Positions 1 through 9,646 of a stretch of 64,000 nt of DNA are shown here, in pieces. How positions within the stretch are numbered: the stretch's first letter is position 1; the number at the start of each line of letters is the position of its first letter. Origin of the DNA: Firmicutes bacterium ADurb.Bin146 (GTDB lineage: Bacteria; Bacillota; Clostridia; DUPQ01); contig MWDI01000026.1 of NCBI GenBank assembly GCA_002070475.1, positions 2,354 to 66,353 on the forward strand, in the 5' to 3' direction. Made by a program: the position numbers and the translations under genes. Under the pieces are notes generated by a model, which was not told the origin of the DNA, ran no database searches, and saw nothing but the letters and a program-made list of their open reading frames with translations.

Positions 1-79
1 TAAGGAGCATCGCTATAGTAAACAATATTTTCTTTCTCAGCTCGGGAATATTCCAAGCGTTCTTGATAGTCTGAAACAT
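1..79 (-). CDS. secY: Preprotein translocase SecY, first 26 codons only (gene runs off left edge)
   Basis: Reverse translation from ATG 79..77 gives [26 protein letters not shown], SecY-like N-terminus; ATG overlaps rplO stop (TAATG); canonical position after rplO. Confidence 0.7.
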   Translation of the reverse strand, partial: MFQTIKNAWNIPELRKKILFTIAMLL

Positions 80-522
80 TATACTACCTCTGCCTTTCCT
101 CCTGCAGCTGTAATTTTCTCTGCAGCGGACTTCGTGAATCTTTCAGCCCTGACTGTAAGATTCTTAGTTAATTCACCTCTTCCTAATATAACTATACCGT
201 CGCAGACACCTTTAACAAGTCCTGCTTCACGAAGCATTACTTCATCAACAAGCTCATTATCTTCGAATATATTGAGTGCCTCTACATTGACTTCAGCATA
301 CTGATCTTTGAATCTGAAATTGCTGAATCCTACTTTAGGCATTCTTCTATATAAAGGCATCTGTCCGCCTTCAAAACCTATTCTTACGCCACCGCCTGAG
401 CGGGAATTTTGTCCGTTAGCTCCTCTTCCTGCAGTCTTGCCATTTCCAGATCCATGTCCGCGGCCTTTTCTGAATGCTTTTTTCTTTGAGCCTTCGGCTG
501 GTGCTAATTGGTTCAATTTCAT
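79..522 (-). CDS. rplO: 50S ribosomal protein L15 (uL15)
   Basis: 147-aa ORF with Gly/Arg-rich N-terminus [15 protein letters not shown]; position between rpmD and secY. Confidence 0.95.
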   Translation of the reverse strand: MKLNQLAPAEGSKKKAFRKGRGHGSGNGKTAGRGANGQNSRSGGGVRIGFEGGQMPLYRRMPKVGFSNFRFKDQYAEVNVEALNIFEDNELVDEVMLREAGLVKGVCDGIVILGRGELTKNLTVRAERFTKSAAEKITAAGGKAEVV

Positions 523-534
523 TTTTAGCTCCCC

Positions 535-735
535 CTATTCTTCAACTTTCACGAGGTGCTGTACTTTTTGTACCATTCCTCTAATTTTTTCATTGTCTTT
601 CTGCTCTACGGTCTGTCCTATCTTACGAAGGCCTAAAGCTACAACAGTTGCCTGATGTTTTTTCAATGAACTGTTTGTTCCCTTGACCAGCGTTATTTTC
701 AGCATTTTAGCTTCTTCAGCTTTTTTCTTAGCCAT
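535..735 (-). CDS. rpmD: 50S ribosomal protein L30 (uL30)
   Basis: 66-aa ORF, ...LGLRKIGQTVEQKDNEKIRGMVQKVQHLVKVEE; GGAGGG RBS 5 nt upstream of ATG 735. Confidence 0.93.
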   Translation of the reverse strand: MAKKKAEEAKMLKITLVKGTNSSLKKHQATVVALGLRKIGQTVEQKDNEKIRGMVQKVQHLVKVEE

Positions 736-744
736 ATAGCCCTC

Positions 745-1248
745 CTAACCTAATATCTCTTCAACGGATTTGCTTCTCTTCTTGGAAACATCCTCAACTG
801 TCATCATTCTAGATAATCCATCTATAGTTGCTCTAGCCAAGTTAACAGCATTGTGGGAACCAAGACACTTAGTCCTTATATCCTTTATACCTGCAAGGTC
901 CAGAACTGCTCTGACTGTACCACCGGCGATAACTCCTGTACCAGGTGCTGCTGGTTTAAGCAGAACTCTTGCTGCACCAAATTCGCCGATTATTTCGTGA
1001 GGAACTGTTGTTCCGTCTAATGGGACATTTATAAGGTTTTTCTTCGCATCATCTGTTCCTTTTCTTATAGACTCTGGAACTTCAGCTGCTTTTCCCATTC
1101 CTGCGCCGACACGGCCGTTCTCGTCACCTACGACAACCAGTGCGCTGAATCTGAAATTCCTTCCGCCTTTAACAACTTTTGCTACTCGGCCGATTCTAAC
1201 TACTTTTTCTTTAAATTCAGATGGTGTCCTATCAAAATCGTTTCTCAT
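745..1248 (-). CDS. rpsE: 30S ribosomal protein S5 (uS5)
   Basis: 167 aa, [24 protein letters not shown] motif; operon order. Confidence 0.95.
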   Translation of the reverse strand: MRNDFDRTPSEFKEKVVRIGRVAKVVKGGRNFRFSALVVVGDENGRVGAGMGKAAEVPESIRKGTDDAKKNLINVPLDGTTVPHEIIGEFGAARVLLKPAAPGTGVIAGGTVRAVLDLAGIKDIRTKCLGSHNAVNLARATIDGLSRMMTVEDVSKKRSKSVEEILG

Positions 1249-1266
1249 TAAAACCCGTTCCTCCTA

Positions 1267-1635
1267 TTAAAATTCCAGACCAGCTGCTCTTGCTGCATCA
1301 GCAAGCGCTTTGATCTTTCCATGATATATATATCCGCCTCTATCGAAAATGACACTTTTGATGCCTTTTTCAAGAGCTTTCTTTGCTACAAGGGTACCTA
1401 CCTGCTTAGCAGCTTCTAAATTTCCTCCGTTTTTAAGGGTTTCCTTTAAAGAAGGCTCCAGAGTTGATGCAGACACCAGTGTATTTCCTTTAGTATCATC
1501 AATAACTTGCGCATAAATATTGTTTAATGATTTGTATACATTAAGTCTTGGCATTTCAGCCGTGCCTGAAAGATGATTTCTAAGCCTATCATGTTTTTTC
1601 TTTCTTGCAGTGTTCTTATCTAAGTTCTTTATCAT
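1267..1635 (-). CDS. rplR: 50S ribosomal protein L18 (uL18)
   Basis: 122 aa, C-terminus [26 protein letters not shown]; operon order. Confidence 0.95.
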   Translation of the reverse strand: MIKNLDKNTARKKKHDRLRNHLSGTAEMPRLNVYKSLNNIYAQVIDDTKGNTLVSASTLEPSLKETLKNGGNLEAAKQVGTLVAKKALEKGIKSVIFDRGGYIYHGKIKALADAARAAGLEF

Positions 1636-1640
1636 TTCAA

Positions 1641-2180
1641 TTACGCTCCTGCTTTTCCTTCTTTACGTCTGATTATCTCATCAGAGTACTTGACACCCTT
1701 GCCTAAGTATGGTTCCGGTTTTCTGTATTCTCTTATTTGTGCGGCAATCTGTCCAACAGCCTGTTTATCATATCCTTTAACGATTATGGTATTTGGTGTT
1801 GGCACCTCGAATGTTATTCCTGTTGGAGGTATAACTTCCAAAGGATGTGAATAACCTAAACTCAGAACAAGCTTTTGACCGTCAAGAGCGGCCTTGTAAC
1901 CTACTCCGTTTATCTCAAGTTTCTTTTCAAATCCAGTGACCACTCCGTGTACCATGTTATTCAATAAGCTCCTGGTTAAACCATGCAAAGCTTTCTGTCT
2001 CTTTTCATCGCTTCTTCTTTCAAGCTTTACAACATTGTTTTCCTTCTTAAGTGTAATGCTCTTATTGAAAGTCTGTGTAAGAGTTCCTTTTGGTCCTTTA
2101 ACTGTGACCGTGTTGTCAGCCGCTATATCGACTGTTACTCCGGCTGGAATAGTTATCGGTAATTTTCCTATACGTGACAT
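1641..2180 (-). CDS. rplF: 50S ribosomal protein L6 (uL6)
   Basis: 179 aa, N-terminus [15 protein letters not shown]; operon order. Confidence 0.95.
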   Translation of the reverse strand: MSRIGKLPITIPAGVTVDIAADNTVTVKGPKGTLTQTFNKSITLKKENNVVKLERRSDEKRQKALHGLTRSLLNNMVHGVVTGFEKKLEINGVGYKAALDGQKLVLSLGYSHPLEVIPPTGITFEVPTPNTIIVKGYDKQAVGQIAAQIREYRKPEPYLGKGVKYSDEIIRRKEGKAGA

Positions 2181-2256
2181 TTATCTAATTCCTCCTGTTG
2201 TTCTTAATATTGCGAGCATCTGCCCTTTTCAGAAACTACGGATTTTCATCCGAAAG

Positions 2257-2652
2257 TTACCAAACAAATGCCAGCACCTCTCCGCCTACTCCTAAAGTAC
2301 GGGCTTTCTTATCTGTCATAATTCCCTTTGATGTGGATATTATGGCTATACCTAAACCATTGAGTACTTTTGGTAACTCATCTTTATTTGAATATACCCT
2401 TAATCCAGGTTTGCTAATTCTTTTGATACCTGTGATTACACTTTTCTTTTCCTGGTACTTGAGAGTAATCCTGATAATACCCTGCTTGTCATCTTCAATT
2501 AATTCGATATCTTTAATATATCCTTCGTCTAAAAGTATATTTGCAATATCTTTTTTGAGATTGGAACTGGTTATATCAACCTTTTCATGCTTGGCTGTGC
2601 CTGCATTCCTTATTCTTGTAAGCATATCCGCTATTACATCTGAAATCTGCAT
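2257..2652 (-). CDS. rpsH: 30S ribosomal protein S8 (uS8)
   Basis: 131 aa, [13 protein letters not shown] ... GGEVLAFVW; operon order. Confidence 0.95.
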   Translation of the reverse strand: MQISDVIADMLTRIRNAGTAKHEKVDITSSNLKKDIANILLDEGYIKDIELIEDDKQGIIRITLKYQEKKSVITGIKRISKPGLRVYSNKDELPKVLNGLGIAIISTSKGIMTDKKARTLGVGGEVLAFVW

Positions 2653-2664
2653 CTTGTTCCTCCT

Positions 2665-2850
2665 TTACCAGCTTGCTTTCTTTACGCCAGGGATCTGCCC
2701 TTTATATGCTAATTCCCTGAAGCACAGTCTGCATACGCCGTATTTTCTTAAATATGCATGAGGTCTTCCACAGATCTGACATCTGTTATACTCTCTTGTG
2801 CTGAACTTTTGAGTCTTCTGCTGTTTTAATATCATTGATTTTTTTGCCAA
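2665..2850 (-). CDS. rpsN: 30S ribosomal protein S14 type Z (zinc-binding, 61 aa)
   Basis: TTG start at 2850 preceded by GGAGG + 8 nt; (M)[10 protein letters not shown]...[20 protein letters not shown]...W with CxxC..CxxC; the longer 84-aa track ORF overlaps rplE and lacks an RBS. Confidence 0.9.
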   Translation of the reverse strand: MAKKSMILKQQKTQKFSTREYNRCQICGRPHAYLRKYGVCRLCFRELAYKGQIPGVKKASW

Positions 2851-2863
2851 GATCTTATCCTCC

Positions 2864-3403
2864 TTATGCTTTCTTGAAAGGCATGCCAAGTTCTGTAAGC
2901 AGTTGCCTTGCTTCCTCATCGGTTTTTGCCGTTGTGACGAAAGCTATATTCATTCCTCTGAGCTTGTCTATATTATCATAAACTATTTCTGGGAATATAA
3001 GCTGTTCTTTAAGTCCCATGGCATAGTTGCCTCTTCCGTCAAATCCTGTTGTGTTAAGTCCTCTGAAGTCTCTGACTCTTGGAAGCGAGATGTTGATAAG
3101 CTTGTCTGCAAAATCATACATTCTTTCACCTCTTAAGGTAACCTTAAGGCCTATTTTCATTCCTTCTCTAAGCTTGAAGTTTGCAACAGATTTCTTAGCT
3201 AAAGTAACTATCGGCTTTTGTCCTGTTATAGCAGCAAGATCTGCAGCTGCGGCATCTAAAGCTTTTGGATTGTCCTTAGCTTCACCCATACCTATGCTTA
3301 CAACGATTTTAACAAGCTTTGGCACTTGATTCACATTCTCATAATGGAATTTTTCTTTGAGTGCAGGAATTGTCTTTTCTTTATATAATTGCTTTAATTT
3401 CAT
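2864..3403 (-). CDS. rplE: 50S ribosomal protein L5 (uL5)
   Basis: 179 aa; L5-like sequence (…[28 protein letters not shown]…); operon order. Confidence 0.95.
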   Translation of the reverse strand: MKLKQLYKEKTIPALKEKFHYENVNQVPKLVKIVVSIGMGEAKDNPKALDAAAADLAAITGQKPIVTLAKKSVANFKLREGMKIGLKVTLRGERMYDFADKLINISLPRVRDFRGLNTTGFDGRGNYAMGLKEQLIFPEIVYDNIDKLRGMNIAFVTTAKTDEEARQLLTELGMPFKKA

Positions 3404-3413
3404 ATTTATCCTC

Positions 3414-3740
3414 CTACTTCGCGTTTACTTTATCGATAACCGCGCCGCACTTCTTGCAAGTCCTCTGCTTATTACCGTCTTTGTCAAATGTCATCTTTGT
3501 CTTTGATGCCTGTTTGCATTTGGGACATATGAGCATTACATTTGAAGCATTGATTGGTCTTTCAAAATCCACTATTCCTCCAGCTTCGCCAGCTTTTTTG
3601 GGTTTGACATGTTTCTTTCCCATATTAGCTTTTTCCACTATGACAGTGCCTTTTGTTGTGTTTACATCAATGATCTTGCCGGATTTACCGGAATCATTGC
3701 CACTTAGTATAAGTACGTTATCACCTTTTTTTACATGCAT
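3414..3740 (-). CDS. rplX: 50S ribosomal protein L24 (uL24) with C-terminal CxxC-x16-CxxC
   Basis: 108 aa, [17 protein letters not shown] motif; C-terminal CPKC...CKKC (see finding). Confidence 0.93.
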   Translation of the reverse strand: MHVKKGDNVLILSGNDSGKSGKIIDVNTTKGTVIVEKANMGKKHVKPKKAGEAGGIVDFERPINASNVMLICPKCKQASKTKMTFDKDGNKQRTCKKCGAVIDKVNAK

Positions 3741-3756
3741 TTTCTCAGTCTCCTTT

Positions 3757-4125
3757 CTATAGCACCTCTGGTGCGAGAGAGACTATCTTCATATATTCCT
3801 TATCTCTCAGTTCTCTTGCTACAGGTCCAAAAATACGGGTTCCGACTGGTTCTTTGTCAGCCTTGATAATGACTGCGGCATTTTCATCGAATTTAATAAA
3901 TGATCCGTCTTTTCTTTTTACGCCTTTTTTGGTTCTTACTATGACGCATCTTACAACATCACCTTTTTTTACAAGTCCTCCAGGAGATGCTGTTTTAACG
4001 CTGCATACTATTACATCACCGATATTTGCATAATCTCTTCCTGTACCACCTAATACCTTGAAGCAGAAGAGTTCTTTTGCTCCAGAGTTATCAGCTGCTT
4101 TTAATCTGGTTTGCGCTTGTATCAT
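3757..4125 (-). CDS. rplN: 50S ribosomal protein L14 (uL14)
   Basis: 122 aa, [19 protein letters not shown]-terminus; operon order. Confidence 0.96.
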   Translation of the reverse strand: MIQAQTRLKAADNSGAKELFCFKVLGGTGRDYANIGDVIVCSVKTASPGGLVKKGDVVRCVIVRTKKGVKRKDGSFIKFDENAAVIIKADKEPVGTRIFGPVARELRDKEYMKIVSLAPEVL

Positions 4126-4131
4126 AGTTAA

Positions 4132-4389
4132 TTACCTCGCTTTTTCCACTATAGAAACCAGTCTCCATCTTTTATCTTTGGATATTGGTCTTGTTTCCAT
4201 AACTTTTACTTTATCACCTACAGCGCACTCATTGTTCTCGTCATGAGCTTTGAGTTTGTATGTCCTCTTAATTATCTTATTATACAGAGGATGCTTAACG
4301 CTGTCTTCAACAGCGACAACGATGGTTTTATCCATTTTATCACTAACAACTTTTCCGACTCTGGTTTTTCTCAAATTTCTCGTTGCCAT
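4132..4389 (-). CDS. rpsQ: 30S ribosomal protein S17 (uS17)
   Basis: Start chosen at [22 protein letters not shown] (ATG 4389, AAGGAG RBS 8 nt upstream); the longer track ORF would overlap rpmC. Confidence 0.9.
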   Translation of the reverse strand: MATRNLRKTRVGKVVSDKMDKTIVVAVEDSVKHPLYNKIIKRTYKLKAHDENNECAVGDKVKVMETRPISKDKRWRLVSIVEKAR

Positions 4390-4390
4390 C

Positions 4391-4588
4391 TTATATCTCC
4401 TTAATTTCGCGTTCCCTGAGTATTGTTTTGACTCTAGCAATATCCTTCTTAACGCTCTTCATCTTCAAAGGATTTTCCAACTGATTGGTAGCATATTGGA
4501 ATCTGAGCTTGAAAAGTTCTGATTTAAGCTCGTTCAGCTCGACTGCCAGTTCTTCGTTAGTCTTTTTCCTTATATCATTAGCCTTCAT
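4391..4588 (-). CDS. rpmC: 50S ribosomal protein L29 (uL29)
   Basis: Start at [14 protein letters not shown] (ATG 4588, GGTGA RBS 5 nt upstream); operon order. Confidence 0.88.
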   Translation of the reverse strand: MKANDIRKKTNEELAVELNELKSELFKLRFQYATNQLENPLKMKSVKKDIARVKTILREREIKEI

Positions 4589-5006
4589 TCGTCTCACCAC
4601 TTTCTCTAGCCATTATCCTGCACTTTATGGGCATTTTGTAGCTTGCAAGTCTTAATGCCTCTTTGGCTTCTTCCTCTGTTACTCCACCGATTTCGAACAT
4701 TACTCTGCCCGGCTTAACAACTGCTACCCAGAATTCTGGCGAACCTTTTCCGCTACCCATACGGGTTTCAGCAGGCTTCTTTGTTACCGGTTTATGAGGG
4801 AATATCTTAACCCATACGCTACCGCCTCTTTTGATGTAACGTGTCATTGCTATACGGGCTGCTTCTATCTGGTTGCTTTTGATCCAGCCTGGTTCAGCTG
4901 CTACAAGACCATAATCACCTTGATTTACGGTATTGCCTCTTAAAGCCTTTCCCTTCATTCTGCCTCTATGTACTCTTCTATATTTAACTCGTTTAGGTAT
5001 AAGCAT
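4578..5006 (-). CDS. rplP: 50S ribosomal protein L16 (uL16)
   Basis: 142 aa, [20 protein letters not shown]-terminus. Confidence 0.96.
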   Translation of the reverse strand: MLIPKRVKYRRVHRGRMKGKALRGNTVNQGDYGLVAAEPGWIKSNQIEAARIAMTRYIKRGGSVWVKIFPHKPVTKKPAETRMGSGKGSPEFWVAVVKPGRVMFEIGGVTEEEAKEALRLASYKMPIKCRIMARESGETNEG

Positions 5007-5665
5007 TATTGTATACCTCCTTCATTATCTTTCTTTGCAGGAAGAACTTCACCTTTGTATATCCAGACCTTGACTCCGATCTTTCCATATGTGGTGTCAG
5101 CTTCTGAAAAACCGTAATCTATATCAGCTCTTAATGTCTGCAGGGGTATTGTACCTTCATGATAATGCTCTCTTCTAGCAATTTCCGCACCGCCAAGTCT
5201 TCCAGAAGCCATAGTCTTTATACCAAGAGCTCCTTGTTTCATTGTCCTTGACATAGCCTGCTTCATTGCTTTTCTGAAAGAAACTCTTTTTTCAAGCTGT
5301 GCTGTGATTCCTTCTGCTACAAGCTGTGCATCCATATCAATATGGCTGACTTCGGTTATATTTACAAGCACGCTCTTTGTAGTAAGCTTTTCAATATCAG
5401 CTCTGATTTGCTCTACTCCAGCTCCGCCTTTTCCAATAATCAGTCCCGGCTTTGCTGCCAGTATGTTGATTTTTATCTTATTAGCGGCTCTTTCTATCTC
5501 AATTTTTGAAATGCCAGCGATATATAGCTTCTTCTTTATGAATTTCCGAATCTTATTATCTTCTATAAGATATTTGGAATAATCTTTTTTGCTTGCGTAC
5601 CACTTGGTATCCCAGTCTTTTATAATTCCTACTCTAAGTCCGTGAGGATTAACTTTCTGTCCCAT
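5006..5665 (-). CDS. rpsC: 30S ribosomal protein S3 (uS3)
   Basis: 219 aa, [15 protein letters not shown]-terminus, KH-domain [10 protein letters not shown]. Confidence 0.96.
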   Translation of the reverse strand: MGQKVNPHGLRVGIIKDWDTKWYASKKDYSKYLIEDNKIRKFIKKKLYIAGISKIEIERAANKIKINILAAKPGLIIGKGGAGVEQIRADIEKLTTKSVLVNITEVSHIDMDAQLVAEGITAQLEKRVSFRKAMKQAMSRTMKQGALGIKTMASGRLGGAEIARREHYHEGTIPLQTLRADIDYGFSEADTTYGKIGVKVWIYKGEVLPAKKDNEGGIQ

Positions 5666-5675
5666 GCTTAGCCTC

Positions 5676-6113
5676 CTATACCCTTTCTTTCAGAACAACT
5701 TCCAGATGGCATGTTCTTTTTTTGATTCTGGCCGCACTTCCTCTTGAAAGAGCTTTAATCCTTTTAAGAGTAGTACCCTGGTTTGCATATATTTCTGCAA
5801 CATATAATTTGCTTTCATCGAGATTATTATTATTAACAGCATTTGCACGTGCCGAAATCAAAAGTTTTTCCAAAGTCTCGGTTACTATGTTTGGAGTATT
5901 TTTTACTATAGCAAGAGCTGTTTCGTAATCCTTGCCTCTAATAAGGTCTACTACCAGTTTTGCTTTTGATGCTGAAATCGAAATGTTATCAACACTTGCT
6001 CTTCCCTGATCTTTTCCTACACCGAGTTCTTTTCTTTGTTTCTTGGTCAAACGAGGAGCTTTATTGCACTTTCTGGTAAAAGTTTTCTCTTTCTTTTCAG
6101 TTGTTTTTTCCAT
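5676..6113 (-). CDS. rplV: 50S ribosomal protein L22 (uL22) with ~35-aa Lys-rich N-terminal extension
   Basis: Core [17 protein letters not shown]...[27 protein letters not shown]; start at MEKTTEKK (GGAGG + 6 nt); alternative ATG at 6125. Confidence 0.88.
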   Translation of the reverse strand: MEKTTEKKEKTFTRKCNKAPRLTKKQRKELGVGKDQGRASVDNISISASKAKLVVDLIRGKDYETALAIVKNTPNIVTETLEKLLISARANAVNNNNLDESKLYVAEIYANQGTTLKRIKALSRGSAARIKKRTCHLEVVLKERV

Positions 6114-6124
6114 TTTTTCCTCCA

Positions 6125-6406
6125 TTATTTAACCTTTGTGGCTTTATCGCCTTTGTTATGTCCCCTGTAAGTCCTGGTTAAAACAAACTCTCCAAGCTTA
6201 TGCCCAACCATATCCTCTGTGATATATACTGGAACGTGTTTTTTGCCGTCGTGAACAGCTATTGTATGACCTACCATCTGAGGGTATATAGTTGAGGATC
6301 TTGACCATGTCTTCAATACCTTTTTATCGTTAGACGCATTCATTTCCTCAATTTTTGCTAAAAGTCTTGGAAATACATATGGCGCTTTCTTTAATGATCT
6401 GCTCAT
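6125..6406 (-). CDS. rpsS: 30S ribosomal protein S19 (uS19)
   Basis: 93 aa, [11 protein letters not shown] ... [16 protein letters not shown]. Confidence 0.96.
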   Translation of the reverse strand: MSRSLKKAPYVFPRLLAKIEEMNASNDKKVLKTWSRSSTIYPQMVGHTIAVHDGKKHVPVYITEDMVGHKLGEFVLTRTYRGHNKGDKATKVK

Positions 6407-6418
6407 GTCAATTCTCCT

Positions 6419-7252
6419 TTACTTGCTGTTTCTTCTCTTGACAATCATATTGTCAGAAGATTTTTTCTTTTTTCTTGTCTTAGTACCCAAAGTAGGCTTA
6501 CCCCATGGAGTAACAGGACTTGGTCTTCCAATAGGAGCTTTGCCTTCGCCACCGCCGTGTGGATGGTCTACTGGGTTCATTACAGAACCTCTTACAGTAG
6601 GTCTGATTCCTAAATATCTCTTTTTCCCTGCTTTACCGATACGAATATTTGCGTGATCGATATTTCCTACTTGGCCAATAGTGGCTTTGCAGTTTACGCT
6701 TACCATTCTTACTTCACCAGAAGGAAGTCTAATTTGCGCGAAATCATTTTCTTTTGCCATAAGCTGCGCTGTATTACCTGCTGATCTTACAAGCTGAGCT
6801 CCCTTGCCAGGTTTAAGTTCTATACTGTGAATCATAGTACCTACAGGAATATTTGCTAAAGGTAATGCGTTTCCGATTTTAATGTCCGCTTGGGCTCCTG
6901 AAACCACAGTATCATTTACCGAAAGACCGTTAGGCGCTATAATATATCTCTTTTCTCCGTCAGCATAGAAAAGCAATGCTATATTCGAGCTTCTATTAGG
7001 ATCATATTCGATAGCTGCTACTCTTGCGGGCACTCCGTCTTTTTCTCTTTTAAAATCTATAATTCTGTATTTTCTTGCTACACCGCCGCCCTGATGTCTG
7101 ACTGTTATTCTGCCATAGCTATTTCTGCCAGCATTTTTCTTAATAGGCGCAAGAAGAGTTTTTTCCGAAGACTTCTGTGTAATTTCTTCAAATGTAGAAA
7201 CTGTCATGAATCTTCTTGCCGGTGAAGTTGGATTATATTTCTTGATTGGCAT
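6419..7252 (-). CDS. rplB: 50S ribosomal protein L2 (uL2)
   Basis: 277 aa, ...[30 protein letters not shown] motif. Confidence 0.97.
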   Translation of the reverse strand: MPIKKYNPTSPARRFMTVSTFEEITQKSSEKTLLAPIKKNAGRNSYGRITVRHQGGGVARKYRIIDFKREKDGVPARVAAIEYDPNRSSNIALLFYADGEKRYIIAPNGLSVNDTVVSGAQADIKIGNALPLANIPVGTMIHSIELKPGKGAQLVRSAGNTAQLMAKENDFAQIRLPSGEVRMVSVNCKATIGQVGNIDHANIRIGKAGKKRYLGIRPTVRGSVMNPVDHPHGGGEGKAPIGRPSPVTPWGKPTLGTKTRKKKKSSDNMIVKRRNSK

Positions 7253-7263
7253 AATTTACTCCT

Positions 7264-7623
7264 TTACTGACGTGGCGTTACGCCAAATTCTTCTATGCTT
7301 GTCTTATACTTCTTAGCAAGCGTCTTAATCTTACCGCCCTTTTCGAGATAAGTCTCAGGCTTCGGATTAGTGTCGATTGTTACGATAGCTTTTTTGAAAG
7401 AAGCGGTTTTACCAAGATGAACACCCACCCTTTTTTCCTTGCCATCATAATTTAATGTATTTACTTTAAGAACCTTGACATTGAACAATTTTTCGACAGC
7501 CTGCTTGATTTCAATCTTTGTAGACTTCTTTGCTACCATAAAAGTATACTTACCTTCCATAGCTTGTTCGTTGGTTCTTTCCGTTATGTACGGTCTTATG
7601 ATTATGTCTTCATAACTTTTCAT
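7264..7623 (-). CDS. rplW: 50S ribosomal protein L23 (uL23) with ~25-aa C-terminal extension
   Basis: 119 aa, IIRPYITERTNEQ...KYTFMVAKKSTKIEIKQAVEKLFNVKV; ATG overlaps rplD stop (TAATG). Confidence 0.92.
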   Translation of the reverse strand: MKSYEDIIIRPYITERTNEQAMEGKYTFMVAKKSTKIEIKQAVEKLFNVKVLKVNTLNYDGKEKRVGVHLGKTASFKKAIVTIDTNPKPETYLEKGGKIKTLAKKYKTSIEEFGVTPRQ

Positions 7624-8246
7624 TACGCATAGACCTCCTGAATCTTTTCTACCGCTTCTTTTGTAACGACAAACTTGTCATACTTAAGAATGTCATAGAC
7701 ATTGATTGTATTTGTCAAAGCTGTCTTAACGTTCGGCAGATTTCTCGCTGATTTGATTACTGTCTCATTTTTGTCAGCAAGAACTACTAAACATGATGTA
7801 TCAACTTTGATATTATTTAATATTTCAGCAAATTTCTTTGTTTTGATCTCATCAAGTATAAGGCTGTCAAGTATTACAAGTGCTCCTGTGCCATATTTCT
7901 CTGATAAAGCTGACTTCAATGCAAGTCTCTTAAGTTTCTTGTTTAGTGGAAATCTGTATGATCTCGGTTTTGGTGCGAATGCGACTCCGCCACCTGTTTG
8001 GTGAGGTCCCACTGATGATCCCTGACGAGCGCGTCCAGTTCCCTTCTGTCTGAAAGGTTTTGCTTTTCCGCCTCTTACTTCAGCTCTGGTCTTTGCGCTC
8101 TGTGTTCCCTGTCTGCCGTTAGCAAGGTATTGGACGACTGCTGAGTGCATTGCACTTTGGCTTACTTCGATTCCGAATATCTCCTCGTTTAATGACATAG
8201 TGTCGACAACATCACCCTTAATATTATATATATCCGCTTTTAACAT
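7623..8246 (-). CDS. rplD: 50S ribosomal protein L4 (uL4)
   Basis: Start at MLKADIYNIKG (ATG 8246, GGAGG RBS); the track's 10 extra codons would overlap rplC; ...FRQKGTGRARQGS motif. Confidence 0.92.
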   Translation of the reverse strand: MLKADIYNIKGDVVDTMSLNEEIFGIEVSQSAMHSAVVQYLANGRQGTQSAKTRAEVRGGKAKPFRQKGTGRARQGSSVGPHQTGGGVAFAPKPRSYRFPLNKKLKRLALKSALSEKYGTGALVILDSLILDEIKTKKFAEILNNIKVDTSCLVVLADKNETVIKSARNLPNVKTALTNTINVYDILKYDKFVVTKEAVEKIQEVYA

Positions 8247-8259
8247 TTGCTGTGTCCTC

Positions 8260-8889
8260 CTATGCGTTCTTGGCATCCTGAATCATAATCAGTCCGCCTT
8301 TCGGTCCCGGTACAGCACCTTTAACTAAAACCGCGTTACGGTCTGCATAAATCTTCATTACTTCAAGATTCTGAACTGTTACCCTGTCTGTGCCCATATG
8401 TCCTGGCATCTTCTTTCCTTTTGGAACTCTGCCCGGATCAGTATGCATCGCCATAGCTCCCAAACCACGATGATATTTTGAACCGTGACTCTTTGGGCCT
8501 ATAGTGTTTCCATATCTCTTTACTGTTCCAGCAAATCCTTTACCCTTAGAAACGCCGATAACATCGATAAGCATTCCTTCTTTAAGAGCATCTACAGTTA
8601 TTACATCACCGACTTTATATCCGTCTGTTGACTCAACTTTAAATTCCCTTACATATTTCTTTGGAGCAAGATCAGCTTTTGCATATAATCCCTTATCAGG
8701 TTTATTCACTCTGCTTTCCTTAACATCCCCAAAGGCTACCTTTACAGCATTATATCCATCGTGCTCAGTTGATTTAATCTGTACAACGGTTAAAGGACCA
8801 GCCTCAATTACTGTTACAGGTACAGCTCTTCCGTCTTCTAGGAACAACTGTGTCATACCTGCTTTCTTTCCTAACATGAAATTTTTCAC
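8260..8889 (-). CDS. rplC: 50S ribosomal protein L3 (uL3)
   Basis: GTG start with GGAGG RBS; GKKAGMTQLF..., FAGTVKRYG motifs. Confidence 0.93.
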   Translation of the reverse strand: MKNFMLGKKAGMTQLFLEDGRAVPVTVIEAGPLTVVQIKSTEHDGYNAVKVAFGDVKESRVNKPDKGLYAKADLAPKKYVREFKVESTDGYKVGDVITVDALKEGMLIDVIGVSKGKGFAGTVKRYGNTIGPKSHGSKYHRGLGAMAMHTDPGRVPKGKKMPGHMGTDRVTVQNLEVMKIYADRNAVLVKGAVPGPKGGLIMIQDAKNA

Positions 8890-8963
8890 TTTATATATCC
8901 TCCTAAGTTATTGGTTCCAGAGGTACGAGATTGATGATCGAGTAACTCTTAGGAACATGACTT

Positions 8964-9275
8964 TTACAGCTTTATCTCAATATCCACTCCTGCCGGCAGA
9001 TCTAAAAGCATTAATGCATCGACTGTCTTTGGCGTGGGGCTCAATATATCAATAAGACGCTTATGCGTTCTCATTTCAAACTGTTCTCTTGCATCCTTGT
9101 ATTTGTGTGGTGCTCTTAATATAGTCACTATTTCCTTATTAGTAGGAAGGGGTACGGGACCTGATACTTTCGCACCTGTTCTTTTCGCAGTCTCGACGAT
9201 TTTATTCGCAGACTGATCGATTAATTCGTGGTCATAAGCTTTAAGTCTTATTCTGATTCTCTGTTTGCTAGCCAT
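8964..9275 (-). CDS. rpsJ: 30S ribosomal protein S10 (uS10)
   Basis: 103 aa, [17 protein letters not shown]...[11 protein letters not shown]; first gene of the S10 operon. Confidence 0.96.
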   Translation of the reverse strand: MASKQRIRIRLKAYDHELIDQSANKIVETAKRTGAKVSGPVPLPTNKEIVTILRAPHKYKDAREQFEMRTHKRLIDILSPTPKTVDALMLLDLPAGVDIEIKL

Positions 9276-9493
9276 TCTAATAGCTCCTCCTTAAATTCTT
9301 TTACCATTTCTATTAGCACATAGTCCCGGGTGTATCGCGTTTACCCATTTTTTAAACCCGCGTGACACGGGTTTGGACCTTTGTCTAATCGCTTCCGCCC
9401 AACCTTATAGATTGGTACTTCTCCCCTTAAGTTACCCGTATTAAATACGGCAATCTCAAGGATCATGGTACTGCAGAATACCGCAGCCTATGA

Positions 9494-9522
9494 ATTGTAC
9501 TATATCTTTTTCTCATTTGCAA
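9494..9522 (-). promoter_or_regulatory. Sigma-A-type promoter candidate for the S10 operon
   Basis: On minus strand TTGCAA (9522..9517) - 17 nt - TACAAT (9499..9494); implies a ~210-nt leader before rpsJ ATG 9275. Confidence 0.55.
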
Positions 9523-9563
9523 CACTTTTTTTAGAAATTTATTTGCGAATCGCAACTTTTGAT

Positions 9564-9572
9564 ATTATATCA
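9564..9572 (-). promoter_or_regulatory. Second, upstream extended -10 promoter candidate (TGaTATAAT)
   Basis: Minus-strand TGATATAAT at 9572..9564; weak -35 (TTACCT, 17-nt spacer). Confidence 0.3.
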
Positions 9573-9646
9573 TTTTTTCAGCCGGAAGGTAAGCTTTTTA
9601 CAAAAAATTAATGCTTTAAACATGGTATAAATGTTATTTCGTACAT

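Noticed and set aside
2239-2252. cggat-GAAA-atccg tetraloop hairpin 5 nt after the rpsH stop, in the 76-nt rpsH-rplF spacer
   Set aside because: With only 5 bp and no flanking conservation evidence available, it is too small to call a regulatory element.
2198-2761. 187-aa plus-strand ORF, and similar ones at 308..655, 1936..2295, 3361..3762, 8504..9055, antisense to the ribosomal operon
   Set aside because: Fully overlapped by strongly recognisable ribosomal protein genes on the other strand. The translations are low-complexity and Leu/Ser/Phe-rich with no RBS or family resemblance, which is typical of antisense shadow ORFs.
8247-8276. N-terminal extensions offered by the ORF track for rplD, rpsN (2851..2919), rpsQ (4390..4440), rpmC (4589..4600) and several accessory genes
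   Set aside because: The internal starts have proper Shine-Dalgarno spacing, restore canonical protein N-termini and remove implausible overlaps with the upstream gene.
9354-9374. 7-bp GC-rich hairpin that looks like a terminator between the AbrB-like gene and rpsJ
   Set aside because: Neither strand has a U/T tract after the stem (the minus strand is followed by AAAAAA). It is treated as part of the rpsJ leader structure instead.
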